NCBI GenBank assembly: GCA_017427985.1 | Contig: JAFRRS010000013.1 | Span: 4,565 to 68,564, forward strand | Source of the DNA: Bacteroidales bacterium | Lineage (GTDB): Bacteria > Bacteroidota > Bacteroidia > Bacteroidales > F082 | Direction: 5' to 3' | DNA: 64,000 bases | In this document: positions 60,418-64,000 of the stretch, in pieces | Numbering within the stretch: the stretch's first letter is position 1 | Layout: each line of letters opens with the position of its first letter | The notes under the pieces: generated by a model | Told to the model about the DNA's origin: nothing | What the model saw: only the letters and a program-made list of their open reading frames with translations | Database searches by the model: none | Program-made: the position numbers and the translations under genes

Positions 60418-61539
60418 ATGAAAAAATTAGCATTATTCGCATTAGCGATGCTGATGCTGGCCGCTTGTGGAACTAAATCCATTAAAGAAAACGAAAAACC
60501 TATGGATACTCTCACTTTCAACGCTGAGCAGGCCGCTTTTATGTCAGCAATCGCCTGCAACGAAGCAAAAGCTGACTATATTGCTTTAGCAGATGCCATC
60601 AACGGCGGACTCGACGCCGGTTTGACAGTCAGTCAGGTGAAGGAGGCTCTGAGCCATCTTTACGCTTACACAGGATTTCCACGCTCTTTGAACGCTCTCG
60701 GCACCTTGCAGAAGGTGCTTGAGCAGCACAAAAACGAAGGCAAAACCACCATCCAAGGCGTAGATGCCTCGCCATTGCCAAAAGATTTCGACGCTTTGAA
60801 AGTCGGCACCGAGGTGCAGACCAAAGTCAGCGGCCGTGCCTTCGACTATGCTTTCTGTCCGGCTGAAGATTACTATCTGAAAGCACATCTTTTTGGTGAC
60901 ATCTTCGCCCGCGACAACCTCACCTATGCCGACCGTGAACTCATCACTGTGAGTGCTTTGAGCGGATTGGAAAACGTGATGCCGCAGCTTCAGGCACATG
61001 TGCGCGGAGCGTTGAACATGGGAGTCACTGAAGAGCAGCTTAGAAACATTCCTGTGGCATTGAAAGCCAATGGCTTAACATCAGAAGCATTGCGTTGTGA
61101 ATCAGCTATCGCCGCTGCTGTTGACGGAAAAACCGATGTCGTTTGTTCACAATCGGAGTGGCCTATTGGTGAGCCGAATACAATGTTTGAGAAATATTTC
61201 ATCGGCAACAGCTATCTTGCTGTCCTCGACCCGTCGGTTGGTTTGTGCAACGTCACATTCGAGCCTGGTTGCCGCAACAACTGGCACATCCATCACGGAG
61301 CGGTGCAGGTGCTGATGTGTGTGAGCGGTCGCGGATGGTATCAGGAGTGGGGCAAGGAGCCTGTCGAGCTGAAACCTGGCGTTGTCATAGCCATCCCCGA
61401 AGGCGTGAAACACTGGCACGGTGCCGCCACCGACTCATGGATGCAGCACTTGACATATCACGCCGACGCAAAGCCGGGAAACAGCACGGAATGGCTGGAA
61501 GAGGTTGATGACACGCAATATAATTCAGTTATTAGATAG
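60418..61539 (+). CDS. carboxymuconolactone decarboxylase (AhpD-like) - cupin fusion protein with a lipoprotein signal
   Basis: The signal reads LAMLMLAAC. The CMD-type helical half contains ..LSHLYAYTGFPRSLNA... The C-terminal cupin contains NNWHIHHGAVQVLMCVSGRGWYQEWG. Confidence 0.78.
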   Translation: MKKLALFALAMLMLAACGTKSIKENEKPMDTLTFNAEQAAFMSAIACNEAKADYIALADAINGGLDAGLTVSQVKEALSHLYAYTGFPRSLNALGTLQKVLEQHKNEGKTTIQGVDASPLPKDFDALKVGTEVQTKVSGRAFDYAFCPAEDYYLKAHLFGDIFARDNLTYADRELITVSALSGLENVMPQLQAHVRGALNMGVTEEQLRNIPVALKANGLTSEALRCESAIAAAVDGKTDVVCSQSEWPIGEPNTMFEKYFIGNSYLAVLDPSVGLCNVTFEPGCRNNWHIHHGAVQVLMCVSGRGWYQEWGKEPVELKPGVVIAIPEGVKHWHGAATDSWMQHLTYHADAKPGNSTEWLEEVDDTQYNSVIR

Positions 61540-61565
61540 TACGGATAAGGCTGCCTTATCCGTAC
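61539..61565. other. perfect 12-bp hairpin GTACGGATAAGG-ctg-CCTTATCCGTAC
   Basis: Read directly. It starts at the last base of the stop codon of the CMD-cupin gene. No clean T-run follows. Confidence 0.7.
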
Positions 61566-61599
61566 AGGTTTAAGTTTGAAGTTTTGGAAGAAAATTACT

Positions 61600-62217
61600 A
61601 TGAAAGCATTACTTATTAACGGAAGTCCACATGCAAACGGCTGCACCGCTACAGCATTGGACATAGTGGCAAAAGAACTGGAAAACAACGGCATTGAAAC
61701 AGAAATCGTTCATGTAGGTAATAAAAACATCCGCGGCTGCATAGCCTGTTTCAAATGCCAGCAAACAGGTCGCTGCGTGTTCGACGACATGGTCAACGAG
61801 CTGGCTCCGAAGTTCGAACAAGCTGACGCTTTGGTCATCGGCTCCCCGGTGTATTACGCCGGAATGGCCGGTACCATGAACTCATTCCTCGACCGATTCT
61901 TCTTCAGCACACCATTCGAGAAACGCATGAAAGTCGGCGCCGCTGTCTGCTCGGCACGTCGCGCAGGCACCACCGCCACTTTCGACCAGATGAACAAGTA
62001 TTTCACTATCAGTGAGATGCCTATAGCGGCAGGACGTTATTGGAACATGGTGCATGGTTACACACCTGAAGACGTGATGGCTGATGCTGAAGGCGCACAG
62101 AACCTCCGTATCCTCGGTCGCAACATTGCATTTCTCGTAAAGGCCATCGCTGCCGAAAAGGAAAAGAACGGCTTGCCGGAGAAGGAAGAGACTGTTTACA
62201 CGAATTTTATCAGGTGA
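61600..62217 (+). CDS. FMN-dependent NAD(P)H oxidoreductase / iron-sulfur flavoprotein-like
   Basis: MKALLINGSPHANGCT (flavodoxin-like fold) is followed by a Cys cluster RGCIACFKCQQTGRC. I prefer the internal ATG at 61600. Confidence 0.8.
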   Translation: MKALLINGSPHANGCTATALDIVAKELENNGIETEIVHVGNKNIRGCIACFKCQQTGRCVFDDMVNELAPKFEQADALVIGSPVYYAGMAGTMNSFLDRFFFSTPFEKRMKVGAAVCSARRAGTTATFDQMNKYFTISEMPIAAGRYWNMVHGYTPEDVMADAEGAQNLRILGRNIAFLVKAIAAEKEKNGLPEKEETVYTNFIR

Positions 62218-62234
62218 TAGCTTAATAGAAGAAG

Positions 62235-62390
62235 ATGTACAGCCTAAAATATAAAGTAACCACAAGCACCTGCGACAGCGAGGGACGGCTGAAACTGTAT
62301 TCGGCACTGCAGATGATGCAGGACTGCTCGGAGATGTGGATCGACTCGACGGCGGTATCATCATTTCAATGGCTTTGGGCAATGAAGTGA
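62235..62390 (+). pseudogene. 51-codon remnant resembling an acyl-ACP thioesterase N-terminus
   Basis: It reads MYSLKYKVTTSTCDSEGRLKLYSALQMMQDCSEMWIDS.. and then stops. Full-length family members are ~250 aa. The assignment is from memory. Confidence 0.35.
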
Positions 62391-62421
62391 GCGTGATTAT
62401 GGAGTTTATCAACTAATCGTC

Positions 62422-63345
62422 ATGAAAACAAAAAAAATCATCAAGTCATCTGCTGCTCTCGGTCCGGCTCTCATCATCCTTGCCGGGATATTTTGGGGCA
62501 GCATGGGAATTTTCGTGCGGCATCTGGCCGAATATGGCTTCACACCAATCCAGATCGTCTGTATCCGTGTGGTGCTTGCCGCACTGCTGTTTTGCGTGAT
62601 ACAGCTCATCATCGACCCCAAGGGCTTCCACATCGCTCTGCGCGACATACCGCTCTTCCTGGGCCTCGGACTCGGCAGCATACTCTTCTTCACGGTGTGC
62701 TATTTCACCGCCATCTCGATGATGACGCTCTCCACGGCGGCCATCCTGCTCTACACCTCGCCAATATGGATTATGCTGATGTCGTTGCTGTTTTTCCACG
62801 AGAAGCTGACCGGACGAAAAGTCATTGCCCTTATTTTAGCCTTTGGCGGCTGCGTTCTGGTGTCGGGCATCTCGGGCGGCGGACTGACTCTGGTGGGACT
62901 CCTTGTCGGACTCGGCTCCGGCATCGGTTACGGACTTTACAGCATCCTCGGCACCGTCGCCCTGCGGCGTTATTCGCCCTACACCGTCACCACCTGGACG
63001 TTTATCATTGCGGCCATTGGCTCGATTTTTATAAGCCATCCTGCCGATATGGTTGAGAAAATCTCTGCCGCATCATCTTTTTCTGGACTGTTGGGCTTCA
63101 GTTTGCTTACCGCATTGGTGACGGCAGTGATTCCGTTCCTCGCCTATACGCTCGGCCTGCGCAGTGTTGAAGCCAGCAAAGCGGGAATCCTCGCCACAAT
63201 CGAGCCGATGGTCGCCACACTGTTCGGAATATTGGTCTTCTCCGAACCCTTGACCCTTATGTCGGGACTCGGTGTGCTGCTGATTCTGGCGGCGGTGGTG
63301 ATTCTAAATTTACCGCAAAATTTGAAAAATTTACCTCCAAATTGA
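62422..63345 (+). CDS. EamA/DMT-family transporter
   Basis: 307 aa with 10 TM helices in two EamA halves. The last ~11 codons (LPQNLKNLPPN) are read through upstream-module copy B. Confidence 0.85.
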   Translation: MKTKKIIKSSAALGPALIILAGIFWGSMGIFVRHLAEYGFTPIQIVCIRVVLAALLFCVIQLIIDPKGFHIALRDIPLFLGLGLGSILFFTVCYFTAISMMTLSTAAILLYTSPIWIMLMSLLFFHEKLTGRKVIALILAFGGCVLVSGISGGGLTLVGLLVGLGSGIGYGLYSILGTVALRRYSPYTVTTWTFIIAAIGSIFISHPADMVEKISAASSFSGLLGFSLLTALVTAVIPFLAYTLGLRSVEASKAGILATIEPMVATLFGILVFSEPLTLMSGLGVLLILAAVVILNLPQNLKNLPPN

Positions 63346-63360
63346 TAATTGCCATTTTAA
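63312..63360 (+). promoter_or_regulatory. conserved ~49-nt upstream module, copy B
   Basis: The sequence is ACCGCAAAATTTGAAAAATTTACCTCCAAATTGATAATTGCCATTTTAA. It is followed by a -7 box TATTTTTG (63372-63379). Confidence 0.5.
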
Positions 63361-63425
63361 TAATTTTTTTGTATTTTTGCAGTGAGATATAGCTTAGTAG
63401 CTTGATAGTTTAAAAGATTAAATTT

Positions 63426-64000
63426 ATGAAAAGATTAGCAATCATCGCAGCCTTAGCTGTGCTTTTGGCATCGGGCTGCTGCCCTAAACAAGTAAAACAA
63501 GACACGATGAAACAGCAACTGACATTAACCCAAGAGTGGGACAAGGTGTTCCCACTGAGCGAGAAAGTAAACCACAGCAAAGTAACGTTCGAAAACCAGT
63601 ACGGCTTGACACTCGCCGCTGACCTTTACACTCCCAAAGAGGCGGAAGGCAAACTGGCTGCCATTGCCGTCAGCGGACCGTTCGGCGCCACAAAGGAACA
63701 GTCGAGCGGACTTTATGCTATGCGTATGGCAGAACATGGTTTTGTTACATTGGCATTCGACCCCTCCTACACCGGTGAGAGCAGCGGAGAACCCCGTCGC
63801 ACAGCTTCACCCGACATCAACACCGAGGACTTTATGGCCGCTGTAGATTATCTCTCGCAGCTGGAGAATGTGGATGCCGACCGCATCGGCATCATCGGCA
63901 TCTGCGGCTGGGGTGGCATAGCCCTCAACGCTGCCGCCGCCGACCCTCGTATTAAGGCTACGGTGGCAAGCACCATGTACGATATGTCGCGTGTAAGTGG
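63426..64000 (+). CDS. alpha/beta hydrolase (dienelactone-hydrolase-like, Cys nucleophile), 5' part; runs off the window end
   Basis: It has a lipoprotein-like signal LLASGC and ..IAVSGPFGATKEQ... The elbow is IIGICGWGG (GxCxG). The frame is open to 64000. Confidence 0.75.
   Translation, partial: MKRLAIIAALAVLLASGCCPKQVKQDTMKQQLTLTQEWDKVFPLSEKVNHSKVTFENQYGLTLAADLYTPKEAEGKLAAIAVSGPFGATKEQSSGLYAMRMAEHGFVTLAFDPSYTGESSGEPRRTASPDINTEDFMAAVDYLSQLENVDADRIGIIGICGWGGIALNAAAADPRIKATVASTMYDMSRVS

Noticed and set aside
1-64000. tRNA, rRNA, transposase and integrase genes
   Set aside because: I found no T-arm GGTTCGAAT-type motifs or cloverleaf candidates. No rRNA-like segments were seen, and no ORF has recognisable transposase or recombinase motifs. 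tRNAscan or Infernal should confirm this.

Overview
This is a 64-kb Bacteroidota-type chromosomal segment. Supporting signs are TAnnTTTG -7 promoter boxes, AT-rich SD-poor leaders, T9SS C-terminal sorting domains and GTCATTCCGAGCG-type REP units; a Prevotellaceae-like origin is inference only. The housekeeping backbone includes serS, rplU-rpmA, purL, holA, rsmD, AMP nucleosidase, a radical-SAM protein, a C69 dipeptidase, a MarC-family protein and a CoA-transferase. It also carries an oxidative-stress/detox cluster: ferritin-like protein, OhrR-type MarR, glutathione peroxidase, AraC regulator, aldo-keto reductase, CMD-cupin, flavoprotein, EamA transporter and an alpha/beta hydrolase. Accessory content falls into six groups. 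(1) A ~10.5-kb AT-rich, seven-gene, single-strand defence island lies at 4021-14494. Its order is C5-MTase, dual-GHKL histidine-kinase-like ATPase, receiver protein with a C-terminal RNxxxH (HEPN-like) domain, second C5-MTase, McrB-like GTPase, McrC/LlaJI-like nuclease, Vsr. The MTase/kinase/REC-effector trio wedged into an otherwise LlaJI-like operon is my best candidate for an undescribed system. (2) A ~12-kb adhesin locus (15367-27135) encodes two giant T9SS-sorted GLUG-repeat proteins plus a small anchored protein. It faces a divergently transcribed membrane-bound AraC regulator. (3) Nine GAGACG...CGTCTC palindromic hairpins are embedded in frame in the C-terminal regions of three T9SS proteins, and their inner stems covary. 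(4) AT-rich islets surround purL: two DUF1016 nucleases, small lipoproteins, a HepT/MntA pair, a long hairpin and a structured leader. (5) A cobalamin riboswitch precedes a T9SS beta-helix/DUF4465-like protein. (6) There are several gene remnants and several families of short periodic or REP-like repeats. I recognised no rRNA, tRNA, CRISPR array, transposase or integrase. All calls come from reading the ORF translations and the nucleotide text by eye. No HMM or BLAST searches were run, and domain-level coordinates are approximate.
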